NCBI GenBank assembly: GCA_026994965.1
Contig: JALWPO010000154.1
Location: 163-64,162, forward strand
From: Mariprofundaceae bacterium
GTDB taxonomy: Bacteria; Pseudomonadota; Zetaproteobacteria; Mariprofundales; Mariprofundaceae
Direction: 5' to 3'
Length of the DNA: 64,000 bases
Shown here: positions 45,173 to 54,969 of the stretch, piece after piece
How positions within the stretch are numbered: the stretch's first letter is position 1
How the letters are laid out: every line of letters begins with the position of its first letter
Translations under genes and position numbers: made by a program
The notes under the pieces: generated by a model
Told to the model about the DNA's origin: nothing
Databases searched by the model: none
What the model saw: the letters and a program-made list of their open reading frames with translations, nothing else

Positions 45173-45835
45173 CTATGTTTTTACATTCTCGGGCTTATAT
45201 TCTGCAAACAAAGTGCTGCCCAACCGCACCATGGTTGCCCCCTCTTGTACGGCAATCTTCCAATCGCCGCTCATCCCCATACATAGTTCGCGAACTTTGC
45301 CATGCTTTTGCTGCATGTCATCCCGTAATGCTCGCAAACGCGCAAATGCAGCTTGCACATCACCATCTCGGCTTGCCATACCCATCAATCCAATCACTTC
45401 CAATGAAGGCACACTTTGCAATGCTTCATAAAGCCCCGCAACACCTTCTGGCTGGACACCCTGCTTTTGTGATTCACCTGAAATATTCACCTGAATCAAC
45501 ACTGGCAATACACGATTTTGTACATGCTTCGCCACAGCCAATGCCGTATCCATATCACACAGCGAATGCCACATAGCTGCATATCTGCCCACATACTTGG
45601 CTTTATTCTTTTGCAAATGTCCAATAAAATGCCATCGCAACAAGGGAAATGTGGTTGCCCTATCACGTAGACTTTGTGGCTTGGATTCTGCAAAATCAGC
45701 TTGCCCTGCATCGGCTAATATTTGTACTGCATCATCAGATGTATATTTGGATACTGCCAATAAACTTGTATGACTTGGTGATAGCGCATCACATACCTTT
45801 CTCCAACGCTGCACTAGAGCTTTTCTCTGATTCAT
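45173..45835 (-). CDS. yggS: YggS family PLP-binding homeostasis protein
   Basis: LLAVSKYTS (PLP Lys), WHFIGHLQKNKAKYV, LCMGMSGDWKIAVQEGATMVRLGSTLF. Confidence 0.9.
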   Translation of the reverse strand: MNQRKALVQRWRKVCDALSPSHTSLLAVSKYTSDDAVQILADAGQADFAESKPQSLRDRATTFPLLRWHFIGHLQKNKAKYVGRYAAMWHSLCDMDTALAVAKHVQNRVLPVLIQVNISGESQKQGVQPEGVAGLYEALQSVPSLEVIGLMGMASRDGDVQAAFARLRALRDDMQQKHGKVRELCMGMSGDWKIAVQEGATMVRLGSTLFAEYKPENVKT

Positions 45836-46953
45836 CGCGAGGCAGCTCTAGCCATTAATACTGATAAAATAATATAAAATAAAACAGCTTGAGATAGAAG
45901 TAACCATACACCAAAAATAGTCCCTTTCACTAGAGCCAATGCTGATAAACCCATCATACAAGAAAAGCCAACAATAAGAATCACTGCTTGTGACTGAGAA
46001 AATCCCAGTGCCATCAATCGATGATGTAAGTGATCGCGCCCCACATATTCAATCCATGCTCTAAGACTACGCACATCACCGCGCCCAATCCGTGCTATTG
46101 TGGTATGAATCATATCAAAAATCATCACTGAAAAAATTAATATTGGTGCTGCATAAGCCTTGATTGCACCATCCGATGACCAATCTCCCATCACGGCTAC
46201 CGCTGCCATAAGCCAGCCCAAATAAGTACTGCCTACATCACCTAAAAAACTTCGTGCTGGCGTGTTGTAACGCGCATTATCTGGCAAAAAACCTATAGCT
46301 CCGCCTGCCAAAGCCAAACATAAAAACAACATATATGTTTGACCTGTATGCCACGCCAAAAGCCCCATCAACAAACATGTTGTAGTTGCCAGTGATGCCG
46401 CCAAGCCATTGATACCATCCAAAAAATTAAACGCATTGGTGATACCAATAATCCATAGAGCAGTAATCAAATATTCCAGCCCATTTCCCCACCAACCATG
46501 AAATCCAACATCAATATGTACACCACATGCCATCAATACCAATAACGCTATCATTTGTCCCAAAAGCTTAATACTTGCAGATAATTCACGCACATCATCC
46601 CAAAAAGATAATGCACCCACAATCAAAGCCGAAAGGCATACGCCTTTTAATTCAAGCGAGTAATTGAAATTCAAAAACAATGTGATGTTCACAGCAATAA
46701 TCACCGCCAATCCACCAATGCGCGGTGTGACCACTGCATGGACTCTGCGTGCATCAGGCACATCCAATGCCCCAATACGATGTGCAAAGGCAATCACATA
46801 GGGCATCAAACCATAAGCAATCAGGGCTGCAGCTAAAGCCAGTGAAGCCCCTTGTGTAAATAGCCCATGCAATGGCCACGGCAATGCAACCAACACGCCC
46901 AACACAAGCGCGCTCATACGCATCGCTGGATAATCCAATAATTGTTGTGCCAT
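45832..46953 (-). CDS. MraY/WecA-family polyprenyl-phosphate N-acetylhexosamine-1-phosphate transferase
   Basis: TNAFNFLDGINGLAAS, FLPDN, SFLGDVGSTYLG. 373 aa, polytopic. Confidence 0.85.
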   Translation of the reverse strand: MAQQLLDYPAMRMSALVLGVLVALPWPLHGLFTQGASLALAAALIAYGLMPYVIAFAHRIGALDVPDARRVHAVVTPRIGGLAVIIAVNITLFLNFNYSLELKGVCLSALIVGALSFWDDVRELSASIKLLGQMIALLVLMACGVHIDVGFHGWWGNGLEYLITALWIIGITNAFNFLDGINGLAASLATTTCLLMGLLAWHTGQTYMLFLCLALAGGAIGFLPDNARYNTPARSFLGDVGSTYLGWLMAAVAVMGDWSSDGAIKAYAAPILIFSVMIFDMIHTTIARIGRGDVRSLRAWIEYVGRDHLHHRLMALGFSQSQAVILIVGFSCMMGLSALALVKGTIFGVWLLLSQAVLFYIILSVLMARAASR

Positions 46954-47975
46954 TAAAAACAGTCCTTTAACCCTTGCTTATATATGGATTTCTCACCCTC
47001 TGTGATATGTACCAAGACAGGCAATGATACACAATCCAACCATGCTTGTTGTGCCCCCATGCATGTAGCGCCTAAAGCTTGATCATAAGGCCTTTGTACA
47101 GGTCTTTCTGCGCCAATCTCTGCTTGATGCAAACCCAACAGCCAATCTTTAGCCCTATCTTGCCCACGAATAATATAGCGATACATACTACCTTGATAGC
47201 GATGAGCTACACTTTCAACCAAGGCTTTAGGCAGGCAGGCATCCAACCATTTAAATTGTTGTGCTCGCCGCTTGAGTTCATCTTTTGCTTTTTTTACATG
47301 ACTTAATGCCAATGCTGCATGTACATCTGATAATTGGTGGTGACCCACATAGGGCTGCGTAAAATCGGCTGTATCTGGATGAATCATACGCCGCACATGA
47401 GAACAAATATCTTCATCTGCCAAAATCATGCCACCATATGCGCCGCCCCAAGGTTTGGTCGCATAAAATGATGCAATCGATATATCACCAAAGCTGCCAA
47501 CAGGCTTACCATCAAGCTCTGCACCTGCAGCTTGCGCAATATCTTCAATCACTGGGCAAGACCATGCTTGATTCACCAAAGGCTCAATCATACCAAATGG
47601 ATGCACCAAAATCACAACATCCAAACTATCTTCCAATGCCCTCGCCTTTTCCGCATCCAACCGCAAATCCATTTGGCAATCCATAGGCACCGCTTCACAG
47701 CCTGCTGCACGCACAGCAAACAACAAAGAAGCGCAGGCATAAGCAGGAATACCCACCCGCTTTACGCGCTGCCCCACCATCAAAGCCCGAAGTGCTAATG
47801 TCAGTGCGCTGGTTCCAGAATCCACCGCAACAGCATCTTTTCTGCATAGATTACTTTTTACAATCTGCTCCAGCATACGCGCTTGCTCACCTGATGCTGT
47901 ATAACCAGAAGCTACAACTCGGCAAATCGCATCTGTATCATTCTTATCAAAATAAGGGCGCGAATGAGGAATCAT
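46953..47975 (-). CDS. DegT/DnrJ/EryC1/StrS family sugar aminotransferase
   Basis: AVAVDSGTSALTLALRAL, and ASFYATKPWGGAYGGMILAD with the PLP Lys. 340 aa. Confidence 0.8.
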   Translation of the reverse strand: MIPHSRPYFDKNDTDAICRVVASGYTASGEQARMLEQIVKSNLCRKDAVAVDSGTSALTLALRALMVGQRVKRVGIPAYACASLLFAVRAAGCEAVPMDCQMDLRLDAEKARALEDSLDVVILVHPFGMIEPLVNQAWSCPVIEDIAQAAGAELDGKPVGSFGDISIASFYATKPWGGAYGGMILADEDICSHVRRMIHPDTADFTQPYVGHHQLSDVHAALALSHVKKAKDELKRRAQQFKWLDACLPKALVESVAHRYQGSMYRYIIRGQDRAKDWLLGLHQAEIGAERPVQRPYDQALGATCMGAQQAWLDCVSLPVLVHITEGEKSIYKQGLKDCF

Positions 47976-48623
47976 TTAAAGTCGAATCCGCACAGGGATA
48001 AAACCTTCCGCACAAGAGAGCTTGCCTTGCACGCCTCTGAAATGTGCCGTTGCTAGTGCTATTTCTACGATATTCAGATGTACATGGGTGCGATTTAATT
48101 GTGAAGCATGCGCTTCTAGTGCCTTGATTTTCGTATCTAAAATATCTTCGATATCCATATATGCTGTTGGTTCAAAGCCTATAGAAGATGGTGTTTCATA
48201 TGCCAAAACATTGGGCACATAACGTGTAACCGAGCGCGCTACTTGCGCCAACTCTCTATGATCCTGATGGGTATCCTCACTATGATTCACATAAACCGTG
48301 TCTGGTTCCACCGCTTGAAGCACTGCTTCTAGCTTTGCCATCAATGCCTGAGACTGTTGTGGTAATTTAGTATCTGAGAACTCACCCCAATGAATATGAT
48401 GTATACCCAGAATCTTTGCGGATGCTTGCTGCTCTGTTTTACGCACATCCGCTGCACCACCAATATCACCAAATGTAGCAATAAAAGCATGCACTTCATC
48501 ACCTCGTGCCACATGCTCCGCTAACGTACCACCGCAGCCGATTTCTAAATCATCAGGATGTGGTGCCAATGCAAGAATGCGCTGTGGACGTTGTTTCCCA
48601 CGTTTTAATTTCATGATTCCCAA
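47976..48623 (-). CDS. PIG-L/LmbE family deacetylase
   Basis: ILALAPHPDDLEIGCGGTLA and HQDH motifs. Confidence 0.85.
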   Translation of the reverse strand: MGIMKLKRGKQRPQRILALAPHPDDLEIGCGGTLAEHVARGDEVHAFIATFGDIGGAADVRKTEQQASAKILGIHHIHWGEFSDTKLPQQSQALMAKLEAVLQAVEPDTVYVNHSEDTHQDHRELAQVARSVTRYVPNVLAYETPSSIGFEPTAYMDIEDILDTKIKALEAHASQLNRTHVHLNIVEIALATAHFRGVQGKLSCAEGFIPVRIRL

Positions 48624-49306
48624 CCCCCCATATCATGCACAACCTTAGCAGCCCCATCACCACAATTTAACAACAAATCCAACACGCTAAGGTGCGAAAT
48701 AAAATCACCATGCAATTGCGGATATACAGGCGCTTCTACCGCCTGAAAATAAAGAGCCAACCCTGCATCTTCAAACACTTCTTGTCGTAAATAGTTTTTT
48801 CCTTCACTGCCTGATAAATAAGCTGTGCCATCCAAATGTTTACATAAATCAATCAAGCGCCCTGTTGGATCTTGATTCTCCACTGGAATCTCTGATGCCA
48901 AATAAAGTGGTGCGGTACAACCCAGCATACGCCCAAACAGCCTAATGATTGCCGTATTTAAATCACTCAACTTTTGCCATGGTTGTTGCAGTAGCGTTTT
49001 AATTTCAGACCAATAGGCATCTAAATATGGTGCTTTCGCATAATTTTGTTCAATGGTCGCAATTTGTTTGCGTGCCCACGGTGCAGGCGCTAACCCCACC
49101 TCGCTAATGGTTTGCGGGAACCGATAGGTTACTGGCACAGTAAGCCACTGCGCTCCCTGAGCTGTCTTGATACGATTGCGATTTTGCCATTCATTTTTAT
49201 GATATTGCACAGTATCTAGAATGATAAAGGCATCAGAGAGCATCCACTTGTGAAAAAAGCCCATCCATGGCAAATAGTTGGGCTGATGAATGGTAATCAT
49301 CTTCAT
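48611..49306 (-). CDS. WbqC family protein
   Basis: The N-terminus ITIHQPNYLPWMGFFHKWMLSDAFIILDTVQYHKNEWQNRNRIK is the WbqC-like signature. Confidence 0.8.
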   Translation of the reverse strand: MKMITIHQPNYLPWMGFFHKWMLSDAFIILDTVQYHKNEWQNRNRIKTAQGAQWLTVPVTYRFPQTISEVGLAPAPWARKQIATIEQNYAKAPYLDAYWSEIKTLLQQPWQKLSDLNTAIIRLFGRMLGCTAPLYLASEIPVENQDPTGRLIDLCKHLDGTAYLSGSEGKNYLRQEVFEDAGLALYFQAVEAPVYPQLHGDFISHLSVLDLLLNCGDGAAKVVHDMGGWES

Positions 49307-50826
49307 TGCACATGCACCAAGAATGGGTTGGCAACCATACGTACGGATTGAGAAACTTGTGCGCGAATCACATGCGCTCCTTGACGCAAAGGCAGCATGA
49401 TACTTTGCGCTTGACCCATCGCTAAAAATTGTGTGCCAACCACATGCCCATCAATCACCCACTGACTTTCCAACTGTTGCGTTTTACCTTTACCTTTTAC
49501 TTTTTGCAGTACGCCCATCACCGCACGAATAGGTAATCGTGCATGCACCTCATCACCTGGATATATTTTTTGCCCATCGGCATCTTCCAAATACAATGCT
49601 GATAATGCGATATTATCATTTTTACCCATGCCCCATGCCGCCATACGCCCTTGCCTCATCGCAGTAAGCACATCTTCAGGCTTGGCGCTCTTACTCCAAA
49701 CATCCATAGGAAAATTGCCTAAATACTCCCCTGCCATACCTTGTTCATGATAATCCCCCGCAGCCACTGCCCAAATCGGTTTTTGATGATAGCCATGCAG
49801 ATAATCCATCATGTATCTATCCCATAATCCCCCTGGCGCACTATTACTATCTGTATCACCGTATACTGCGGTAAAAGCATCGGCTGTAGGGTCTTGGAAT
49901 ACACGTTTGCTATAGGGTGGCGTATCCAATTGTATGCCCATAGGACCTTCTCGCACACCAGAGAGCGTGCCTGGATGCGTCCAAATCACAAATAACTTCT
50001 GCGCATGCGCTGTATGGATAAAATCCACATCAGCATCCACTTTAGGCTTCATCAACCATGTGGTTAAAAAAGCAATTAATGACGCCATCAATAATAGCGC
50101 AACACCTCGTTTTCTCCGCCTAAGAAAATATATCACCAATACAAAAATAAACACACACCAAAATACCAAAGACAAGGTACGGCTACCATAGCCATGACGT
50201 AAATCATAACTACTCAAGCCTTTAACTTGTGCTGGCGTTTCAATACCCAATGTGATGAGGTGGCGTTCTGCATTGTGCAAGGTTAAATTACGAAATGGAA
50301 TCCCCGACCATGTGTAGCCTGGGGTTGATTCCGTGCCTGCAAAATATTGCATATCAGGATGCCTAGCACGGATATGGTTTAAATCGGCAAAAAAAGCATC
50401 TAATCCTGTAACATACAACGATGGATGCTGCATAGCATAACCCAAAATACTTGGCATAGGATCAATGCCAAAACGAATAGAATATCTATCATGCTCTGTA
50501 AAAGCCAAGCTATCAATCGCACGCTCTTTTGCCCAATGGGATAAGGTTTCCATATCATGTTTACCATCAGAATGTGTGCTTCGAACATCAATCAACACGC
50601 GTGTTGGCATGGGTATATCAGATGTAGATACCACATGGCTGGCAACATCATCTTGATGTGGCGTTTGGCTTGATTGATTTGCCGATTCTAGCTGTTTTGA
50701 GGCTTCCAAAAGCTGCTGCAAGCGCAGCATATCCACATCAGCTATAGCAAACTGAGCAGCCATACATAAACAGAAAAAAACACCCATACTACGAACAAAC
50801 ATCTTGATACACCTTTTCCAAACCAC
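49303..50826 (-). CDS. hypothetical membrane protein with PHP-like metal-binding motifs
   Basis: Signal peptide, then IDVRSTHSDGKHD and LAFTEHD (PHP-like motifs), two central TMs (LVFWCVFIFVLVIYFL, ALLLMASLIAFLTTWL), and later AAGDYHEQG. Function not supported beyond this. The start may be 50802 or 50787. Confidence 0.5.
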   Translation of the reverse strand: MVWKRCIKMFVRSMGVFFCLCMAAQFAIADVDMLRLQQLLEASKQLESANQSSQTPHQDDVASHVVSTSDIPMPTRVLIDVRSTHSDGKHDMETLSHWAKERAIDSLAFTEHDRYSIRFGIDPMPSILGYAMQHPSLYVTGLDAFFADLNHIRARHPDMQYFAGTESTPGYTWSGIPFRNLTLHNAERHLITLGIETPAQVKGLSSYDLRHGYGSRTLSLVFWCVFIFVLVIYFLRRRKRGVALLLMASLIAFLTTWLMKPKVDADVDFIHTAHAQKLFVIWTHPGTLSGVREGPMGIQLDTPPYSKRVFQDPTADAFTAVYGDTDSNSAPGGLWDRYMMDYLHGYHQKPIWAVAAGDYHEQGMAGEYLGNFPMDVWSKSAKPEDVLTAMRQGRMAAWGMGKNDNIALSALYLEDADGQKIYPGDEVHARLPIRAVMGVLQKVKGKGKTQQLESQWVIDGHVVGTQFLAMGQAQSIMLPLRQGAHVIRAQVSQSVRMVANPFLVHVQ

Positions 50827-51904
50827 TTATCATGGTTTCTATCGAATAATTTTTAGCACGTATGCGCGCAGCGTCGCCTATTAAAGCATCCCAATGTGTA
50901 AGCAATGCATTGGCGACTTCTTTTGCACAATCCGCATTCACCACTTGGCCCACTTGATTATCCACCAACTCTCGCAAACCACACACATCGGAAACCACAC
51001 ACGGCAACCCTGCTGCCAAAGCCTCCACCACGGCTCTACCCATACCCTCATTGTATGACAATAAAGCAAAACAACGCGTATGAGCCAAATATGGTACAGG
51101 ATTTGACCAGCCTGCAAAATGAATATTCTCTGATATCCCCAAATCTTCCGCTAACAGTGTCAGGAAAACTCGCTCTTCACCATCACCCACCAAGGCAAGT
51201 TTTGCATCAGGTTTGATTTTACACACCTCTGCCCACGCCTTAATCAAGCGTTCCATTCCTTTGATAGGAACCAATCGGCCGACCGATACTGCATCCCATT
51301 CCATTTGCCCTTTTATGGCTTCTGTCTGTCGCATAATCGCCTGCACATCTACACCACTGGGAATCACTCGCCACTGCGATTTTTGACCAATACGAAGCGC
51401 CAAATGATCATCACGCTCTGCCTTTGTTAACGCAATCAACACATCGGTTTTTTTGGCCAAATAACGCTCAATAGCTATAAATATTTGTGTTTTTAACCCA
51501 CCAAAATAACCATGGAAAATATGCCCATGCGGCGTATGAACTACCTTAATGTCAATATCTTTTGCTGCCAATCGCGCCAATGCACCTGCCTTAGATGTAT
51601 GGGTATGCACAATGTCAAAACCCATTTTCATAAGCGCCTTAAGCTCACGATATGCCAGCTTATCATGCATACCCAGTGCTCTAAGCATGGATGCTAAAAC
51701 AATCACTCGACCACCTAAGGATTGAAACCGCTGGATCTCCGCATCGGTTTTTTCCTTCTCTGCATCGGACATATCCGATTCAATACTACACCCATAAACC
51801 AACGATACTTCATGCCCCAAACGCTGCTGCTCTATGGCACATAATAATGTATTCACAGCTGAGCCGCCTCTATCCATACGCGTAATCACATGCAGTATTT
51901 TCAT
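50789..51904 (-). CDS. GT4-family (GT-B) glycosyltransferase
   Basis: MKILHVITRMDRGGSA at the N-terminus and EGMGRAVVEALAAGLPCVVSDVCGLRELV (the E-x7-E region). Confidence 0.85.
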   Translation of the reverse strand: MKILHVITRMDRGGSAVNTLLCAIEQQRLGHEVSLVYGCSIESDMSDAEKEKTDAEIQRFQSLGGRVIVLASMLRALGMHDKLAYRELKALMKMGFDIVHTHTSKAGALARLAAKDIDIKVVHTPHGHIFHGYFGGLKTQIFIAIERYLAKKTDVLIALTKAERDDHLALRIGQKSQWRVIPSGVDVQAIMRQTEAIKGQMEWDAVSVGRLVPIKGMERLIKAWAEVCKIKPDAKLALVGDGEERVFLTLLAEDLGISENIHFAGWSNPVPYLAHTRCFALLSYNEGMGRAVVEALAAGLPCVVSDVCGLRELVDNQVGQVVNADCAKEVANALLTHWDALIGDAARIRAKNYSIETMISGLEKVYQDVCS

Positions 51905-51905
51905 A

Positions 51906-53090
51906 TCATTCTAGCCTTTTCAAGGCATCAACCACGGCTGTGTCGTGTTTTGACCATGCAAAATGCGCTACAGTCTCTTTTGCCAAGCCTTCGCGCTCAA
52001 CCTCTTGCGGGAAATTATTTAATGATTGCAATACCGCCTTAGCCAAAGCTTCTGGTGTAGCATCATCTGCCACTTTGTTGAGTGCATGCCAACCCACCAC
52101 ATCAGGATTGGCTCCAACAGGCGTTGCAACAACAGGCAACCCATGCGCATTGGCCTCAAGGGTTACCAAACCAAAGCCCTCAAGCGAGCGTGTCGGCAAC
52201 ATAAACAAATCTGCTGTCCAAAGTCTCTGATGCACCTCTTTTTCTGAAACAAACCCAGCCATCTCAACCACATCATCCATACCTAAGGTGTGGGTCAAAC
52301 GTTTCAATGGTTCGAGCAAAGAACCACTTCCCATCACCAACCAACGCACATCAGGTCTATCCACATGCACAATAGCCGCTGCCTGAATCAGTAAATCTAC
52401 ACCTGTGCGTGGCACCAAGTTACGCAGGGTTACAATTAGCGGCGCATCGGATTGTTCACCCCATATTGTTTTGCGTGTATGGCTACGCTGATTCCATGAC
52501 AAAGGAAAAGTATCAATGCCTCCTGCAGCAATATGGATACGCGCTTGTGCAATGTTAAAAAAATCATGTAATCGTTGTTGCATAAACTGGCTCAATACCA
52601 CATGTGATTTCGCACTTGTATAAACGCTGGCTTCCAATCGCCGCATCATCATGGTCACCATGCGATGTTTTAGATTCCAATCCAAGCCATGACGCGTGGC
52701 ATATTCTTCAAAAGCAAAAGAATGACACACTTGCACACGTGGTAATTTGCAACCCGCACGCATCAACGCCCACATCACAAAAGGCTGCTCAGCAAGTACC
52801 ACATCAAATTGTTGGTGCAATTGCCACCACATATCAGCCTCTTTACACAATTGATAAAGCCCACGCCAACCTTTATCACCACCAAAAGGCAGCCTATGCT
52901 CAACTACCCCATGCTCCAATTTAAATAATAATTCTGCACCATCTTTGGGCTGTCGCGTTAGTACCGTCACATGCGCACCTGCATCACAACATGCACGAAT
53001 GTGATGATACAACATGCGCTCGGCTCCACCATGTACAAATTCAGCAGACACATCAGCGACAATCAATACACGCAAACCCTTAAGCTTCAA
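51906..53090 (-). CDS. GT4-family (GT-B) glycosyltransferase
   Basis: VLIVADVSAEFVHGGAERM at the N-terminus and EGFGLVTLEANAHGLPVVATPVGANPDVV. Confidence 0.85.
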   Translation of the reverse strand: MKLKGLRVLIVADVSAEFVHGGAERMLYHHIRACCDAGAHVTVLTRQPKDGAELLFKLEHGVVEHRLPFGGDKGWRGLYQLCKEADMWWQLHQQFDVVLAEQPFVMWALMRAGCKLPRVQVCHSFAFEEYATRHGLDWNLKHRMVTMMMRRLEASVYTSAKSHVVLSQFMQQRLHDFFNIAQARIHIAAGGIDTFPLSWNQRSHTRKTIWGEQSDAPLIVTLRNLVPRTGVDLLIQAAAIVHVDRPDVRWLVMGSGSLLEPLKRLTHTLGMDDVVEMAGFVSEKEVHQRLWTADLFMLPTRSLEGFGLVTLEANAHGLPVVATPVGANPDVVGWHALNKVADDATPEALAKAVLQSLNNFPQEVEREGLAKETVAHFAWSKHDTAVVDALKRLE

Positions 53091-54966
53091 ATGACCACCC
53101 TCGTTGCATCATCCATCGATTCATCAGCAATAGTCCCCATAATATATCTGATCTATCTTCACCACGTTGATGCCTTGCCCACTGCTGCTGCACAAATTCG
53201 CGGCGAACCAAGCCGCCCAAAGGTGCAGATGACAACAAAGCCTCGACCTCATCAGCCAAATCCTCACGCAACCAATGCTTAATCGGCGCCATAAAACCCT
53301 GTTTGGGGCGATACACTACATCTCTGGGCAAATAATCCAGCGCAATTTCTTTTAACAAGACTTTCAAATCTTCTTGCCATGGCATGCCTTTTACTTTGTA
53401 AGAGGGTTTTAAAGTGAGCACCTGTGCCAGCAATCGTGTATCCAAAAAGGGAGCGCGCAATTCCAATCCATGCGCCATACTCATGCGATCCCCCATCGCT
53501 AACAAATCATCATTCAAATATGTTTGAATATCATAAGCCATCGCACCATTCACAGGCCCAAAATTGTTCAACATGCCTGATAGACCGCCATAGGTATCAG
53601 CAGCAGCCTGCCAATTTCGCTGTGGCGCTGCATGGTATGGCTGCGTAAACATTTCAGACCATGTTGCCTGCGTGGTTTGCATCCAATGCTGATAGGCATC
53701 GGCACCATCCATATCCAAGCCCTGCAAAAAGCGCCGCAACCGACCAGGCAGGTTGCGACTGGATTGACTATCACCCAAGCCTTCAAGGCATCGCATGAGA
53801 AAACCTCTGGCAGGCAAGCATTGCATTTTTTGATGCCAAGCCATACCCAAATAGCGTGGATAACCACCGAATAATTCGTCACCCCCTACACCCGATAACG
53901 CCACATCCACATAAGGTTTCGCTGCTTTGCTGATTAAATACATAGGCAACGCCGCGGCATTGCTCACGGGTTGATCAAAAGCTAGTGCCAAATCTTCCAA
54001 ACAGCGATGTGCATCGGCAGCCACTTCTAGTGTTTGGTGGGCTGTGCCCAATTGTGATGCCACAGTTTGTGCAAATACGCTTTCATCATAATCTGCTGAA
54101 CCGCCCATAAAACGTACAGAAAACGTATGCAATGGCTGTTCAGTTTTTTTCGCTAGAATCGCTGAAATCAAAGATGAATCCACGCCACCAGATAGGAATA
54201 CACCCAAAGGTTTATCCGAAACCATGCGCAGACTAAAAGCATCTTCAAGCAGCGCTTTAATTTCACCATGAATCTCATGAGGAGCAATATCAATCGGCTG
54301 TGTTGGCTCAGGCAAGAAATGGTATCGGCGTATGGCAATCGCTTCACCTGCGCGAACTACAGCATAACAACCCGCAGGCAATTGTGAGACTTGTTGATAC
54401 ATGGTTTTGGGCGCTTCCACCCGCATATTGACCAACACATCATGCACAGCCTGCGTATCAGGGGTAAGCGACCAATCGCCCTTTTCAAAGGCCGACAGTA
54501 GGGATGCAAAACCAATGCGACCATCTTGCTCACAAACAAACAATGGCTTTTCACCAAAAGCATCACGTGCAATCAGGCAATGATTTTCACGTTTATCCCA
54601 AAGCACAATCGCAAACATGCCATGAAGCATGGCAAACATCGAAGCACCAAAGCGTCGATATAAATGAGGTAAAACTTCTGTATCACTGTCCGATTGAAAC
54701 ACCACACCATCTTGTTCAAGCTGTTCACGCAATGCTTTGTAATTGTAAATACAGCCATTAAATACCAACACCATATCATCCAAACACATGGGTTGATGCC
54801 CGCGCGCATCTGCGCCAATAATCGCAAGTCTATGATGTACGGCGGCAAACTCATCACTCTGATATTCACCACAATCATCAGGACCACGCATGGCCACAGC
54901 TTCCCCCATACGGGTTAATTCATGATCTGTTTTTTGTTTGCCTACAATGGCAACAAAGCCGCACAT
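53080..54966 (-). CDS. asnB: asparagine synthase (glutamine-hydrolysing) family amidotransferase
   Basis: N-terminal nucleophile MCGFVAIVG, the PP-loop VFLSGGVDSS, and 628 aa. Confidence 0.9.
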   Translation of the reverse strand: MCGFVAIVGKQKTDHELTRMGEAVAMRGPDDCGEYQSDEFAAVHHRLAIIGADARGHQPMCLDDMVLVFNGCIYNYKALREQLEQDGVVFQSDSDTEVLPHLYRRFGASMFAMLHGMFAIVLWDKRENHCLIARDAFGEKPLFVCEQDGRIGFASLLSAFEKGDWSLTPDTQAVHDVLVNMRVEAPKTMYQQVSQLPAGCYAVVRAGEAIAIRRYHFLPEPTQPIDIAPHEIHGEIKALLEDAFSLRMVSDKPLGVFLSGGVDSSLISAILAKKTEQPLHTFSVRFMGGSADYDESVFAQTVASQLGTAHQTLEVAADAHRCLEDLALAFDQPVSNAAALPMYLISKAAKPYVDVALSGVGGDELFGGYPRYLGMAWHQKMQCLPARGFLMRCLEGLGDSQSSRNLPGRLRRFLQGLDMDGADAYQHWMQTTQATWSEMFTQPYHAAPQRNWQAAADTYGGLSGMLNNFGPVNGAMAYDIQTYLNDDLLAMGDRMSMAHGLELRAPFLDTRLLAQVLTLKPSYKVKGMPWQEDLKVLLKEIALDYLPRDVVYRPKQGFMAPIKHWLREDLADEVEALLSSAPLGGLVRREFVQQQWARHQRGEDRSDILWGLLLMNRWMMQRGWSFEA

Positions 54967-54969
54967 GGT

